Part shown: piece by piece, positions 1 through 13,393 of the stretch
Layout: each line of letters begins with the position of its first letter
Numbering within the stretch: position 1 is the first letter of the stretch
Assembly (NCBI GenBank): GCA_951406725.2
Contig: OX597823.1
Coordinates: 15,066,001-15,130,000, forward strand
Source of the DNA: Octopus vulgaris
Taxonomy: Eukaryota
Length of the DNA stretch: 64,000 nucleotides
Direction: 5' to 3'
Made by a program: the position numbers and the translations under genes
The notes under the pieces: model-generated
The model's database searches: none
What the model was told of the DNA's origin: nothing
The model's input: only the letters and a program-made list of their open reading frames with translations

Positions 1-261
1 CAGGTGTGACCATGGACGCCAACTCCGCCGCCATCGACACACGAAAAATTATGCATTAAAATGGAATAAAAAATGATGTTAAATTATTTTTAAAATCGTA
101 GACTCATCGTAGACGCGCGCTAATACTCAGACGGGCTCGATATGAATCACGACTATAAGATACCCGAATTTGGTTAAACTGCACCGCAAAATGTGGGAGT
201 AGTTAGGAATCTAAATCGAAGGGGACAGACACTCACACAACTACAGTTTTATATATATAGA
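1..261 (-). mobile_element. Non-autonomous Helitron, 5' part (runs off the window start)
   Basis: The reverse complement begins A^TCTATATATATAAAA and matches about 200 bp of the element at 7182-7478, then diverges. Confidence 0.75.
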
Positions 262-532
262 TATATATGTACGTATGTATGTATGTATATATACACACAC
301 ACACATACGTTTACACATACATACATGCACATATACATACATACATACATACATACATACATACATACATACATACACATATACATACATACATGCATAC
401 ATACATACATACACATATACATACATACATACATACATACATACATACATGCATACATACATACATACATACATACATACATACATACATACATACATAC
501 ATACATACATACATACATACATACATACATAC
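262..532. repeat. (TACA)n microsatellite
   Basis: Directly visible; explains the overlapping HTYI/MYVC ORFs. Confidence 0.97.
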
Positions 533-967
533 AATAATTTCAGCAGTAAGCACTGATGAGGAATAAATGAACTTTAAGTTAGGTAAGATAACTTAATAAA
601 TATACCAAATACAACTTCTAAAGTCAAATCCGCCGCAGTAACAGTGGAGAAAAAAATTTTCGGTTATGGTAAAAGGTGTAAAAACACCATGCTAGGAAAT
701 AACTATTTTGTTACCAGTATTTTGATGGGTGTTCTAAGCAAAGAGACTCTAACTATGAAATAAGATTTTTTTGTTATCAAGATTAGTTTCTTCTAGACGC
801 TTTGCTTATTTTCTTTTTCTTCATTTAGTGTAATCTAGCGATGAAAATTGTTGCATTAACTGTTAAGTATAATTAGAATAATTTATTCCTTTGGTGAGAA
901 AATCCTGATAATACTAATTATATGGGCATAATGACTCTCCCTAGACAGGATATAATTAAAGATTTTA

Positions 968-1522
968 TTGGGTTGTCCGGAAAGTTCATGCCGATTTTTA
1001 AAGGTCAATAAATAATTGCCATTACATTTTAAATCAACCAAATATGAACCATTTTGTTGCACAATGCATCTCCATCTTTCCTTTAACTTGAAAATACCCT
1101 CTTCCCAGAATTGAGGTTGTTTCATGGCAAAGAATTCATGAAGGTATCTTTTTATGTAACCCAAGGAATTGAAATTTTTACCATTATGACTATTCTGCAG
1201 AGACCTGAATAAGAGGAAATCCGAAGGAGCAATATCTAGTGGATATGGAGGGTGGGGTAACACATCCCAGCCGAGCTGCAGCAATTTTTGTCTGGTTCCC
1301 AAAGCATCAAGTGCCGAAAATGAACTTTCTTATCTTTCATTTTAAAGGGTTACAGAATGAACACAGGTTATAGGAACATAAACCTTCTTCCACGAAAAGA
1401 TAGCTTAAACTGTGCTCTAAATGGAGGTGTAGTCAAATCCTCTTTTATGAACTCAATCATGTTCTAAAATAAGTCGAAATGTAAGCTACTATAAATCGGC
1501 ACGAACTTTCCGGACAACCCAA
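968..1522 (-). mobile_element. Internally deleted mariner transposon
   Basis: TIRs ttgggttgtccggaaagttcatgccgattt / aaatcggcacgaactttccggacaacccaa, TA on both sides. The minus strand encodes MKDKKVHFRHLML (ATG 1340) joined out of frame to WDVLPHPPYPLDIAPSDF (mariner HPPYSPDLAPSD motif). Confidence 0.93.
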
Positions 1523-1855
1523 TATTATTAATCTGTGTTGCAGAAGTGTCCTTTGGTCAGAAAGTTCTGATAATACTGTTAGTAGTTCTGTCAGCAGACT
1601 GAGCATTACTAGTTAAACACTTCAAACATAAGCTCAGTGTCTGTGCTTAGAGTATCTCCATGGCCGACTATTTGTGAATGACATTTTACTAATAGTTACT
1701 GTGTAAGTTCACATTGTTGATTTTTTTTTCATGTAGATGCTTTGTCCTGAACAGGAACAGAAACGTCACTTTATGCCGTTAGTACAACAATGCAAGTTAG
1801 GTATTCAGGACAAGAATTGAGCCCTTCATATATTTTCGATTAGCATACATAAATT

Positions 1856-2243
1856 GGGGAAGCACTCCGTCGGTTACGACGACGAGGGTTCCGGTTGATC
1901 CAGATCAACGGAACAGCCTGTTCGTGAAATTAACGTGTAAGTGGCTGAGCACTCCACAGACATGTGTACCCTTAACGTAGTTCTCGGGGATATTCAGCGT
2001 GACACAGAGAGTGACAAGGCCGGCCCCTTTGAAATACAGGTACAACAGAAACAGGAAGTAAGAGTGAGAGGAAGTTGTGGTGAAAGAGTACAGCAGGGAT
2101 CACCACCATCCCCTGCCGGAGCCTCGTGGAGCTTTAGGTGTTTTCGCTCAATAAACACTCACAACGCCCGGTCTGGGAATCGAAACCGCGATTCTATGAC
2201 CGCAAGTCCGCTGCCCTAACCACTGGGCCATTGCGCCTCCACT
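1856..2243 (-). mobile_element. tRNA-derived SINE family A, full length
   Basis: Pol III box A/B-like head (tggcccagtggttagg, ggtttcgattccc) on the minus strand; TSD catacataaatt at 1844-1855 and 2244-2255; five copies in the window. Confidence 0.92.
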
Positions 2244-2294
2244 CATACATAAATTAAACACTCTAAGTCAGTTAATGCGACCGGTTTCCCACAG

Positions 2295-2830
2295 TGCTTC
2301 GAAAAATTCATTTGTGGACTCTGAGAAAATCTTCCCATCTCCCAGTTCATCGGTCATAAAACTTTCGCTTATGAAAGACTTCGTTAAAGCGAGGCATAAA
2401 ATAAAACTGGATTCAAACGCTTCAGAAATAACTTTCTCAGGATCAGCGACGTCAATAGTAAAGAAGACAAAGGTTCTCTTTCTAAATCAGAGAAATGTTA
2501 AGAAGTGAGAAATTTAAAGGAGACTTAAATGGAGTCTATCTAGACGAGGTGTCGGGACCAAAATTTATTCTGAAATAATTTATGACTATCTTAAGTTTTA
2601 CCGTGCAATAAGGTGCATTATGTAATTAAAAATTCATTTCTAGGACTCTCATTTTCTTCCAGAAAATATAAATTCGCCTAATGATGAACAATTTATCAAT
2701 GTTTCCGTCATAGAAAAGCGTTGCAAAAGCAATTGGAACCTCAATGTGGCTAGTTTCTAACAACTTTTGAACTCTTAAAAGTTACGCACCCGTGGCAAAG
2801 TTGAGCAGAAGATCAAACCTTGCTATGTTT
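2295..2830 (+). pseudogene. Highly decayed Chapaev3-like transposase fragment
   Basis: FVDSEKIF..IKLSLMKDFVKA, then LKIHF..SH..PEN...DEQ remnants, homologous to the element at 46278-48380. Confidence 0.6.
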
Positions 2831-5104
2831 TAACCGCTGGAATGTTTTCGATTCCCTTTTCAATAAATGCATAAAATTGTAGACCATTAAATTTTAATTT
2901 GCATGCCACACAAGATGTTGAGATAATAAAGAATTGTTACAAAATTATTTAGATTAAGCACAAAAAAATAAACAGAAATACTGAACGAATCAAATATTTT
3001 CATTCTTAGGACACAAATTAACAGATGGATTATAAAAATATCTGCTCCGGGCGACCCTTTTAAGGGGAGCAGCACTTTTGGGTTTGCTGGGTGAGGAGAT
3101 TCAAGAGATGCTTCGAGCTGCACACACTCTAGCTACGCCACTGGAGTTCACATCTTGTTAGCTTTGAGGAGCTGAATCTGTTGAAGTTGCTGCAGGAGTG
3201 GCCCAGGACGGATGAAGTATATCATTGTGTTAGTGGTTGTAAGTTGTTAATTTCTTGTAAATGGAGATCTAGAACGCGTGTATTATTGCTGCACTTACCT
3301 GAATGCGAGCAGTAACGTAGAGTGGGATACAGTTGTGCTTTTTAGAGGATCAGAATGTAGAGGTGAAATAGCTTCTTTCTCTGATGAGAATACTTAAGTG
3401 TTATAAATATATGATCATCATTATAAATCATGAGGAAATGTGACCTGAAATTTGTAAAGTTTGGAAATTTTTTACTTGTAAAACATTTAAAAGTTATGTA
3501 ACAATGAAATGTTAACCTGAATACTGGAAAATTAGTGTAACATAACTCAACTCTCTGCACCTCTGTCTGTCGTCCTACAAATGCTCAGTCATAGTGGATA
3601 TAGGACTAATTAATCTTAATTTACTGTCAAGTTTTATCTTACATCATGCAGTTTGTTTGTATCCATTAATTTCGTTGTTTCAATGCTTCCAAACATTTAT
3701 GTGCACTCCACCCAATGTTAAAAATTAATGTTCTTTCCTTTCTTTTCGGTTTCTTTTTTATTATCTTTTTTATTGTTTTGTATCTGTAAACTCTTTTTGT
3801 ACATGTATTCAGACAAGTTATGAGAATTGATATGTTCACTAACTTGGTTCAAATTATTGCGACAGAATGAAGTACTTCAAAGTTTCCTGGGACTAGTGGC
3901 AATTAAGGTTTTATGAGAATTTACTTCTTGGAATAAAGGTTATATTAAGTGTTCCTTGAACTAAAAAAAATCATTCAGTTTCATTTTATCATTTTTTTTA
4001 AATGATCACAAGCAGGGCCCCTCACAGTTGGCAAAAGCCTCATGTTATCAGTATTGCATTTCCTAACATAGTCCTATTTGACTAGGCACCAAGTCTCCAT
4101 ATTTTTATGAAAATTAAACTTTCGTCGATGGTGGCATATGGAATGTAAATTTACTTAAGATATAACCCGAAGGAAAACAAGACATCACCTCCGACCTAAC
4201 CGGATCATAACTCTAATCCTACAACACTGAATCAAGACTTTTCTAACATTTAATGTCCTACTATTTTATTTATGTAAGTGCTGTTATGGCCAAAACAAAT
4301 GTGTCATAGAGAGAAATATAAGTATATAATTAAACTGAAGTTGTCGTAGGGCGTACTGAACTATTCAGTTTGATTAATTATTTTTCTTAGAAGATTCCGT
4401 TTGTCGTTTTTATATCGAGAGTTTCAATGTGTATTGACTCCTTTGTTTGAACTTTGTCTTTAATGCTATTCATTTTCTTTTTGAGTTAAATGCAGCTGCC
4501 TTATATTTAATTCCTTTATTTCATACATTAATTTCAATATTTAATTTACCTTTATAGCTACTTGTCTGTTCATGTGACAAATTATGAGGAAAGTTTGTTT
4601 TTATGGGTCGCTATTTCCTTATAATGCTCTTTTATACGATATTAATTGTAATAATATGAATAATGGTTTCTCTGGCAGACATCTTGAACTTATTTCATGT
4701 CTGTTATTTAAAACTAAGCAATGGATTTTTTTCGTGCTCTGACTTGATATATTCACAACTTTTGAGAAAGATTTTTAACTGCTTAACGGTTTATTTAATT
4801 GCACATGTAGTATGTCCTATATAAATATTCAGAACGTTCTCAAATTCTCATAGAGTGTTAGGGGATATATTTAATTTATTACCAGACATATATCAACATC
4901 TCAGCTACAATGTTTGTCAACTGGAATCTATGTTGTTGAAAACCTTGTTTTAAAACCGTGTTTAACCATTGGAAACAATTGGACTCAGTGGAGATTCCTG
5001 AGGTAATCGAGCCCCATTAAACAGGATCACATTGAACATATATCCTGGTATATATCTGTAATAACCAGCTTCCTTATATATTCATGTATGTCGATTATAA
5101 TTCT

Positions 5105-5320
5105 TTCTATCTACTGTAGGCACAAGCCTTAAAATTTCGGGGGGTGTATCTAGTCGATTACATTTGCCCCGGTGTTCGAGTGGTATTTATTTTATTGAAT
5201 CCCGAAAGTATGTATGGCAAAGTCGGCCTCGGTAGAATGTTTGCTCAAAACGTATAGCCGGAAGAAATACTGCTAAGCAATTTGTCCGGCGAGCAAACGA
5301 TTCTCTTAGCTCGCTGCTTG
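5105..5320 (-). mobile_element. SINE family C, diverged
   Basis: Contains the family core ggcaaagtcg.cctcgg...cgtatagccggaagaaatactgctaagca. Confidence 0.8.
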
Positions 5321-5469
5321 GCACGCGGAGCATAATAAAAATATTTGACGCTCATTGTTCTTCCATAATAAAATATTAATTGAAAAAGTAATAAAAAAAT
5401 GCAAAGAAAATATTCGTTTTTATAAATTTGTGAATAATAAAGTTTTTTTTTACTCTCCGTACAAATAGT

Positions 5470-5856
5470 TGTTTTTTTTGGAAGCACTCCGTCGGTTACG
5501 ACGATGAGGGTTCCGGTTGATCCGATCAACGGAACAGCCTGCTTGTGAAATTAACGTATAAGTGGCTGAGCACTCCACAGACACGTGTACCCTTAACGTA
5601 GTTCTCGAGGATATTCAGCGTGACACAGAGAGTGACAAGGCCGGCCCTTTGAAATACAGGTACAACTGAAACAGGAAGTAAGAGAAAGTTGTGGTGAAAG
5701 AGTACAGCAGGGACCAACACCATCCCTGCCGGAGCCTCGTGAAGCTCTAGGTGTTTTCGCTCAATAAACACTCACAACGCCCGGTCTGGGAATCGAAACC
5801 GCGGTCCTACGACCGCGAGTCCGCTGCCATATCCACTGGGCCATTGCGCCTCCACT
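5470..5856 (-). mobile_element. SINE family A, full length
   Basis: Near-identical to 1856-2243; TSD gtacaaatagt. Confidence 0.92.
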
Positions 5857-6134
5857 GTACAAATAGTAAACCTTATATAAACAAAAACCTACTGTAATAG
5901 CATATATTATTATAAACTTAATTTGTTTATTAGGCTCTTCTAATAACATACACTTATCATAGATACACATAATAATAAATTGCATTACTATCAAGTGAGA
6001 ATTGTGGGTAAATCAGGTCATGATCCAAATATTTTAAATATATTCCACAGATACTGCGTATGTGTAAGTGTGTGATCGTGTTCAGGTGTGCTTATGTATA
6101 TTTGTGTACATGCATGTGTTTGAGTGTGTACACT

Positions 6135-6197
<63 letters not shown>

Positions 6198-6278
6198 CTG
6201 TGTGTGTGTGTATACACATTTATATCAAGATAGTTAGATAGACACAGAGAGAGAGAGAGAGATTCTTTAAATGTATAA

Positions 6279-6314
<36 letters not shown>

Positions 6315-6315
<1 letters not shown>

Positions 6316-6612
6316 CGTGGGACGGCTGAAAAGTTCATAGGCTGACTAAAATACTCGCACGGAATGTGACCAAATGAGGTTTATTTCTCAACATAGACCC
6401 CCTTGCTGTTCTAAAAAGGCTTTTCCGTCGGTGTTGCAGTGCTTGCATTGCATTGGTCAAGAAACTTTCTGTTGGTCATAAAAAAAAAAAAAATCATCAA
6501 CAGCAGATGTGACGTCATCAGCACTGCGAGATTGGTTCCCAGTCAAGTGCTTTTTCATGTTGGATGATAGTCAGGTGATAGTCAGATGGGGCCAAATCTA
6601 GAGAACAGGGAG
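6315..6612 (-). mobile_element. Mariner 3'-end remnant
   Basis: ta + cgtgggacggctgaaaagttc TIR-like end; a degenerate HPPYSPDLAPSDY-type coding stretch on the minus strand near 6575-6612. Confidence 0.6.
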
Positions 6613-6630
6613 TGATCAGTATGTATGTGT

Positions 6631-6717
<87 letters not shown>

Positions 6718-6976
6718 TATGTGTGCGTACGCGTGTGCGTACATGTATCTATACGTGTGTGATGATTCTATTTGCACGCAAGAGCTGTCAAGCTTTTCTT
6801 CAAGTTTAGCAATTATTGTAACTTGCTAAGCAATTATTATTATTATTTACAACATTAACAACACCAATTGCATAAAGACGAAGCTGTCCTAGATATTTGT
6901 TGAACCACTTTGATAATTATTCTGAAACTAACCTAAAATTAATTATTCATCTCAATTTTATTTCAGCCCAATTTAA

Positions 6977-7177
6977 CCCAGGTTAACCCTATCGACATTT
7001 TAAAGATAGTTATATAAATAGGGATACAAACATGCGGGGGCGTCCAGTTAACCATTATCGAAGTAAATAAACCAAATACAACGATTAGATAAATACAACA
7101 CGCACTATTTTGCGTTCAGTTAACTTTTATTTCCGTAAATAAACCAAATACAACTGTCCTCAAACAAGGACAGTGGG
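6977..7177. mobile_element. Possible piggyBac-type MITE
   Basis: TTAA-ccca...tggg-TTAA ends; internal ~43-bp direct repeat (7040-7083 / 7112-7154) and subterminal hairpin actgtcct/aggacagt. Confidence 0.4.
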
Positions 7178-7181
7178 TTAA

Positions 7182-7478
7182 TCTTTATATATAAAAGGGA
7201 AGTTGTGTGTCTGTCTCCTACGATTTAGATTCCTAACTACTCCCACATTTTGCGGTGCAGTTTAACCAAAAGCGGGTATCTTATAGTCGTGATTCATATC
7301 GAGCCCTTCTGGGTATTAGCGCGCGTCTACGATGAGTCTATGATTAAAACAAAAATTTACCATCATTTTTTCCCATTTTAATGCATTTTTTGCTATTATA
7401 TAAGGGAAGTAACTCTCTAAAAATGCTTATATAGTTATTTCCCTTACAAACCCGAGCAACGCCGGGCGATACTGCTAG
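7182..7478 (+). mobile_element. Complete short non-autonomous Helitron
   Basis: 5' TC, 3' CTAG, inserted between A and T, with subterminal GC hairpin cccgagcaacgccggg (7451-7466). Confidence 0.88.
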
Positions 7479-7513
7479 TATGGTATAATTTAACAATATC
7501 ATTATGAAAAATA

Positions 7514-7810
7514 CGGCGGCGAGCTGGCAGAATGGTTAGCAGGCCGGTTAATATAATCAACTCATCCCCTACCCTAAAACCCCTGACCGTCTATCAAAAT
7601 TTGGAAGCAGTATTATTCTTAAGAATACGGTGATGAGCAGATAAAATTGTTAGCGCTCCGGGTAAAATGCTTAGCGGTATTTCGTCAATCTTTTCGTTCT
7701 GAGTTCAAAATCCACCGAGGTCGACTTTTATTCTTTAGAGTCGGTGTAATCGACTTAACCAACACGTCCTAAATTGCTGGCCTTGTGCAAAATTTGAAAC
7801 CATTATTATT
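7514..7810 (+). mobile_element. Two adjacent diverged SINE-C copies
   Basis: ggcggcgagctggcagaa heads and gagttcaaa..gaggtcgacttt core. Confidence 0.75.
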
Positions 7811-8020
7811 ATTAAGAAAAGGGGTAATAGATGTCATTAATGATTTATCGATCAAGTTCTCTACTTTCCAGTATATTTAATGGAAAAACAAGCTTTTTCT
7901 GTACTTTGCTTTTTTTTTTAGATAGAATGATTTTCAATGAGTCGTTCCTTACAATGTCAGTGGAATTAGAACATCAAATGTCTAATAAGAGACACATACT
8001 GGATGAGAGAGTATTAAAAT

Positions 8021-8138
8021 GGAGTGGCTGTGTGGTAAGTAGCTTTCTTACCAAACACATGGTTCTGGGTTCAGTCCCACTGCTTGGCACCTTGGGCAAG
8101 TGTCTTCCACTATAGTCTCGAGCCGACCAAAGCCTGTC

Positions 8139-8231
<93 letters not shown>

Positions 8232-8468
8232 CGTGTATATGTGTATGTGTGTGTTTGTGTGTCTGTGTTTGTTCCCCCAACATCGCTTGACAACAGATGC
8301 TGGTGTGTTTACGTCCCCCGTAACTTAGCGGTTCGGCAGAAAAGACCGATAGAATAAGTACTAGGCTTACAAAGAATAAGTCCTGGGATTGATTTGCTCG
8401 ACTAAAGGCGGTACTCCAGCATGGCCGCAGTCAAATGACTGTAGCAAGTAAGAGTAAAAGAGTAAAGA
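8021..8468 (+). mobile_element. SINE family B (CORE-like domain, internal TA/TG microsatellite)
   Basis: tRNA-like head, caccttgggcaagt CORE-like motif, (TA)n(TG)n centre, tail ggcggt..tccagcatggccgcagtcaaatgactg and (gtaaaaga)n. Confidence 0.92.
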
Positions 8469-9269
8469 ATAATAAACCGCGGGCAAAATAATTTTTTCCC
8501 AGTTTAAAATAACTTGTTCTAGTTTTCAAAACGTAAAGAAGAAACTTTTACCAAAAGATTATTTGGTAAGAGATAGCACTGAGCTACAAAAGGTTGTCTC
8601 TAGTATTACAGTATTCTGACGTGTGTACTGCTTACACAATCAAATCCGACGATAGTGAACTTCATAGGTATTCTACCTTTATTTTTCTTACATCTAAGAT
8701 TAGTAACCAATTCTGATAATGTCCAAAACACGTTCTTTTCTCTCAACAGATACAAAGGTCTTACAGAAAGAGACGTTTTTTCTCACATAAGAAAAACATT
8801 TCGGTTGTGTATAACATCGGAAACTTATTTTGTAGTTGGTGGTTTGCTCATCTATTCTGAACCAGCAGATTTGTGATCAAAATCGTTGCAGATATGATCA
8901 TCTCATCTTTCTGTTTCAGATATGGGGAATGTAAGACTGTATACAATTCGGGGTCTGGTATGTTTGTTTAGTTGTTAAAAATTACGGTTGAGAGCAAGTT
9001 ACTACGACCTAAAAAATAATAATACTGATAACAATTTTCAGAATGTGAACGACTCTTGTTTCATAATTTGTCTGTTTTTCTGGATCTCTAGGTAGTACGA
9101 ATGATGATCTCTAATTAGTATGAATTATTATAAATAACCATAAAGCATTATGAAGAGTGTGATAAATATTTGATGACATTTAATGACCAGTGTATTACTC
9201 TTTAGGAAACCAATTAAAATGTGTTTAATTCTTTCAGATCAAATGTTAACACAACAAATGTAAAAAATG

Positions 9270-9710
9270 CAGTCATTGTTGCAATGTGTTTATTTAGAAA
9301 TTGCCTGTCTAAATGTTGCAAGATCTCTGTACACAAATTCGGATTCAATTGGAAGCCTCTGGCAAGAATGTTTCAACTGAATCGAAAAGAAAGGCAAAAC
9401 ATTCTAATCACTCGGATACTATAAGGACACCGTGTTCAAAACATGATCGGAAAATTGATGTAGGCATTCGGCAAAGAACTTCAGGTTAGTGTGGGCTACA
9501 TAAACTGTTATGGACATTTTATGCGAGTTGTATGGATTGAGGAGAGACTAATTAATGTCTGCAAAGACAGAAGAAAATCTTTATATCCATGCTAGGTGGT
9601 TACTTAACGAATATGGCATGCTTTGGTTATTCTCTCATGAGAAAAGTTCGACCAAGTCCAAACGTCTGATAGGAAAAATGATAGATGGTTATGTAAAGAG
9701 CTTAGTTGCC
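9270..9710 (+). pseudogene. Decayed Tc1/mariner-superfamily transposase fragment
   Basis: MLWLFSHEKS resembles the first catalytic FSDEK motif; multiple stops and frameshifts. Confidence 0.4.
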
Positions 9711-10080
9711 CATTTTTCATCACCACTATGCCAACCATTCCAATATATTCAGATTCACCAAAACCACTACCACCACTACCACGATCATCATCATCATCAT
9801 CATCATCATCATATTGTGGTAAAATCATTTAAGTGCCAGGGAAAATCATACGTTCTGGCTCCTTTATTCTCACCTCATTTCCCACTATAATCAACTTTTC
9901 CTTTCATTCCTCCGGCGTCAGTTATATAATACACCAGCCAAATTCAAAAGATAATGGTATTGACTAAATCCTCTCCTTACAACTGTTGGTCATGTGAACA
10001 AATAAAAAGAATGCTGAATGTCGTTGTTGTTGAAAATAATATGATCATTATTATTGTTGTTGTTGTTGTTATCGTTATTA

Positions 10081-10262
10081 GGGCGGCGAGCTGACAGAAT
10101 CTGGGAAACAATACTTAGCAGCAACATGCTTAGCGGCATTTCACCCGTCACCACGTTCTGAGTTCAAATTCTGTCCAGGTCGACTTTGCCTTTCATTCTT
10201 TCGGTGGGGGGGGCTAGTCCCCTCCCCAAAAATTTCTGGTCCCACGGCCTATAATAGAAAGG
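10081..10262 (+). mobile_element. SINE family C
   Basis: Family head and core, ending in the (TAT)n tract. Confidence 0.8.
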
Positions 10263-10525
<263 letters not shown>

Positions 10526-10619
10526 CTGCGGAGCACCACGGATGTGTTTCCGAACGCTTTAAGTGAGTCCTCATTATATTCATTGCTTACATAATTTACA
10601 TTTTCATTCCAATTTGTTA

Positions 10620-11050
10620 CTGAAAACACCAGGAACCTGTTGGTAGGTTTCTTGTGGTTGACTGGCCCTGTAAGGGGCAACATTCAGCCCTCCAGAAAAT
10701 CGCCCGAGGGGGCTCCATCGCTGGTGTCACAGCTATTACCATGATAACAAGTTTCTTGGTTAGCTCCTGGGACCGAGAACAAGGTGATTTTCTTCACAAA
10801 TTCCTAAACTTCGACTGGCAATGCTGTAGGGCCATCAGCCTCCGAATCCTGATATTAGTGTTGTCGTCCTTATTTATAGCTCCTCAGAGAAGAAACCCAT
10901 CATGTGGCCTTTGCTGCCATGCATACTCAACCGATTATTTTCTACATCTTTAACGGGGGCAGGTTTCTAGGACAGTTATGTGACTTTGAGGAGACATAAG
11001 AACCTGGAAGTCCATTCTTACCTCACTTGATAAAATATTTTTCGTGAATT
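10620..11050 (-). pseudogene. Probable R4/Dong-like LINE C-terminal remnant
   Basis: Minus-strand YAWQQRPHDGF...AVQE-like motifs typical of the post-RT region of RLE-type LINEs; heavily decayed. Confidence 0.4.
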
Positions 11051-11066
11051 CCTAACTCAGCATCTC

Positions 11067-11478
11067 TCTCTTTACTCTTTTACTCTTTTATTTGTTTCAG
11101 TCATTTGACTGCGGCCATGCTGGAGCACCGCCTTTAGTCGAGCAAATCGACCCCGGGACTTATTCTTTGTAAGCCCAGTACTTATTCTATCGGTCTCTTT
11201 TTGCCGAACCGCTAAGTGACGGGGACGTAAACATCCCAGCATCGGTTGTCAAGCAATGCTAGGGGGACAAACACAGACACACAAACTCACACACACACAT
11301 ATATATATATATACATATATACGACAGGCTTTTTCAGTTTCCGTCTAACAAATCCACCCACAAGGCTTTGGTCGGCCCGAGGCTATAGTAGAAGACACTT
11401 GCCCAAGATGCCACGCAGTGGGACTGAACCCGGAACCATGTGGCTGGTTAGCAAGCTACTTACCACACAGCCACTCCT
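11067..11478 (-). mobile_element. SINE family B
   Basis: Reverse complement of the family consensus, nearly full length. Confidence 0.92.
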
Positions 11479-11842
11479 ACTCATATTTCCCCACAAATGT
11501 GAAAACAAGCCACAAATGGATATTACAACCAATACCAAAGCCCTTACTGCCGGCTTTGGATTGATTTGGTTCGTATATCAAGGTATAAATCGATGAGTGG
11601 ATGTTTTGCGTTTGATTTCTGCTCGTCGTTCCACCTCGGTTCAGTCCTGAAGTGCAAATCCATGTTCACGCGGAATTTATCTCGATAAGCACAAAAATGT
11701 TACCCTACACATCACCCAAGGCTTCCTTTAATTTTGAGGGTATACTGGAGCTAACGAATACAAAGATAGAGAAAGTTTACAAACGTCGTGTTGCCAAAGT
11801 AACTTCTTCATCTTATTTAGAGACTCCATTTGAAAGTAACGT

Positions 11843-12008
11843 AGGCGCAGGAGTGGCTGTGTGGTAAGTAGCTTGCTAACCAGCCACATGGTTTCGGGTT
11901 CAGTCCCACTGCGTGGCATCTTGGGCAAGTGTCTTCTGCTATAGCCCCGGGCCGACCAATGCCTTGTGAGTGGATTTGGTAGACGGAAACTGAAAGAAGC
12001 GTGTCGTA

Positions 12009-12054
<46 letters not shown>

Positions 12055-12276
12055 GGGAGTTTGTGCGTCTGTATTTGTCCCCCTAGCATTGCTTGACAAC
12101 CGATGCTGGTGTGTTTACGTCCCCGTCACTTAGCGGTTCGGCAAAAGAGACCGATAGAATAAGTACTGGGCTTACACAGAATAAGTCCCTGGGTCGATTT
12201 GATCGACTAAAGGCGGTGCTCCAGCATGGCCGCAGTCAAATGACTGAAACAAGTAAAAGAGTAAAAGAGTAAAGAG
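11843..12276 (+). mobile_element. SINE family B, full length
   Basis: Head aggcgcaggagtggctgtgtggtaag through the (gtaaaaga)n tail. Confidence 0.93.
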
Positions 12277-12938
12277 ATTAGCAATATTTTCCACTCATGT
12301 TTTGGTGTATAATGCTCAAGTACAAGTGGTGTTGCTTTTAGCTTTGTTGTTGTTATTAGTGGTGATATTTTTTTTCCTTTTATCAAGTGAGACATTAAAG
12401 TCACCTTCGATGCTTTGTAAAGTTGTTTTTGTTTTCATTTTTTAAGCGTTTACGTAATGGCACAAATGAACTGTACTCAAGTTTATCGACTTGCCATTGA
12501 GAGGACATGGCCTTCGCATGGGTTCTTTCGTCACCATTCGAAATAAATTAAAAGAAATCGAGACACAGTGTTCTAATAAGGAGTCATGTTTCCCAAAATG
12601 GTCAGAAACAGACAAAAGCTCATTAATTAATAAGTACAGTCTTCTCTTGCTGAGATTATACCCTAATTTTCCCTTTGTATTTTCAGTAAGGATTTTCGAA
12701 TTTTCAATTGTAGTTATAATTTCTTTCCTAATACACGATAGAGGTGCGACACTACGGGTTGGTACTGTCAGGAATCGGGGTATTTGCTTATCTATTGATA
12801 CTGAGCCTATAGTTATTTCCTTTGTGATAATGTTTTAGAAACAGGATTTTTTTCATTCTACTGTTGCTCTTCATTATTTTTGTTTTCATTGTTCTAGCCT
12901 AATTTTCCCATTTCTCCTGGGAATTCAGCTCTAAGGTG

Positions 12939-13140
12939 TTTCTGTTGTACCTGTATTTCAAAGGGCCGGCCTTGTCACTCTCTGTGTCACGCTGAATATC
13001 CCCGAGAATTACGTTAAGGGTATACGTGTCTGTGGAGTGCTCAGCCACTTACACGTTAATTTCACGAGCAGGCTGTTCCGTTGATCGGATCAACCGGAAC
13101 CCTCGTCGTCGTAACCAACGGAGTACTTCCAATCCAATTC
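12939..13140 (+). mobile_element. SINE family A, 5'-truncated
   Basis: Matches the 3' half of the family A copies. Confidence 0.9.
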
Positions 13141-13393
13141 CGACAAATTTAATTACTAGACTTCCTCTCTTGTATTATTTATCTTAATCCCCTTGTCTCG
13201 ATGCTAAGACAGAATTCCGGTACAGCACTGTGGTTTTCATGGGATCATTAAAATTTTCAAATTCATTTTGACGCCTCCAGACCTTTCTCCCATATTGTGA
13301 CTAAAAACGGATCTACGTCGAGTTTAGTATCTCTTATTATAACTGTTGTGCTTGTTTGACTCATTTGCTGGGTACAAATGTATACCGGACAAT

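Noticed and set aside
193-566. Overlapping ORFs rich in HTYI/MYVC, and similar YIYI, CVCV, LSIY, poly-N and poly-M ORFs throughout
   Set aside because: Translations of stop-free microsatellites; no gene structure.
548-640. ctgatgagg motif after the microsatellite
   Set aside because: No GAAA/NUH at a compatible position.
2170-2243. tRNA-like sequences at SINE heads
   Set aside because: They have box A/B but continue into SINE bodies with TSDs; not standalone tRNA genes.
3150-4950. Possible very old Penelope RT/GIY-YIG remnants (YNDDHIF, RIKEH on the minus strand) and a lone hAT-like end ctagctacgccactg at ~3128-3142
   Set aside because: Too decayed to delimit or support by eye.
11246-12099. 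Recurrent ORFs such as ...[24 protein letters not shown] and MFIERKHL...
   Set aside because: Reading frames of SINE consensus sequences repeated in every copy, not a protein family.
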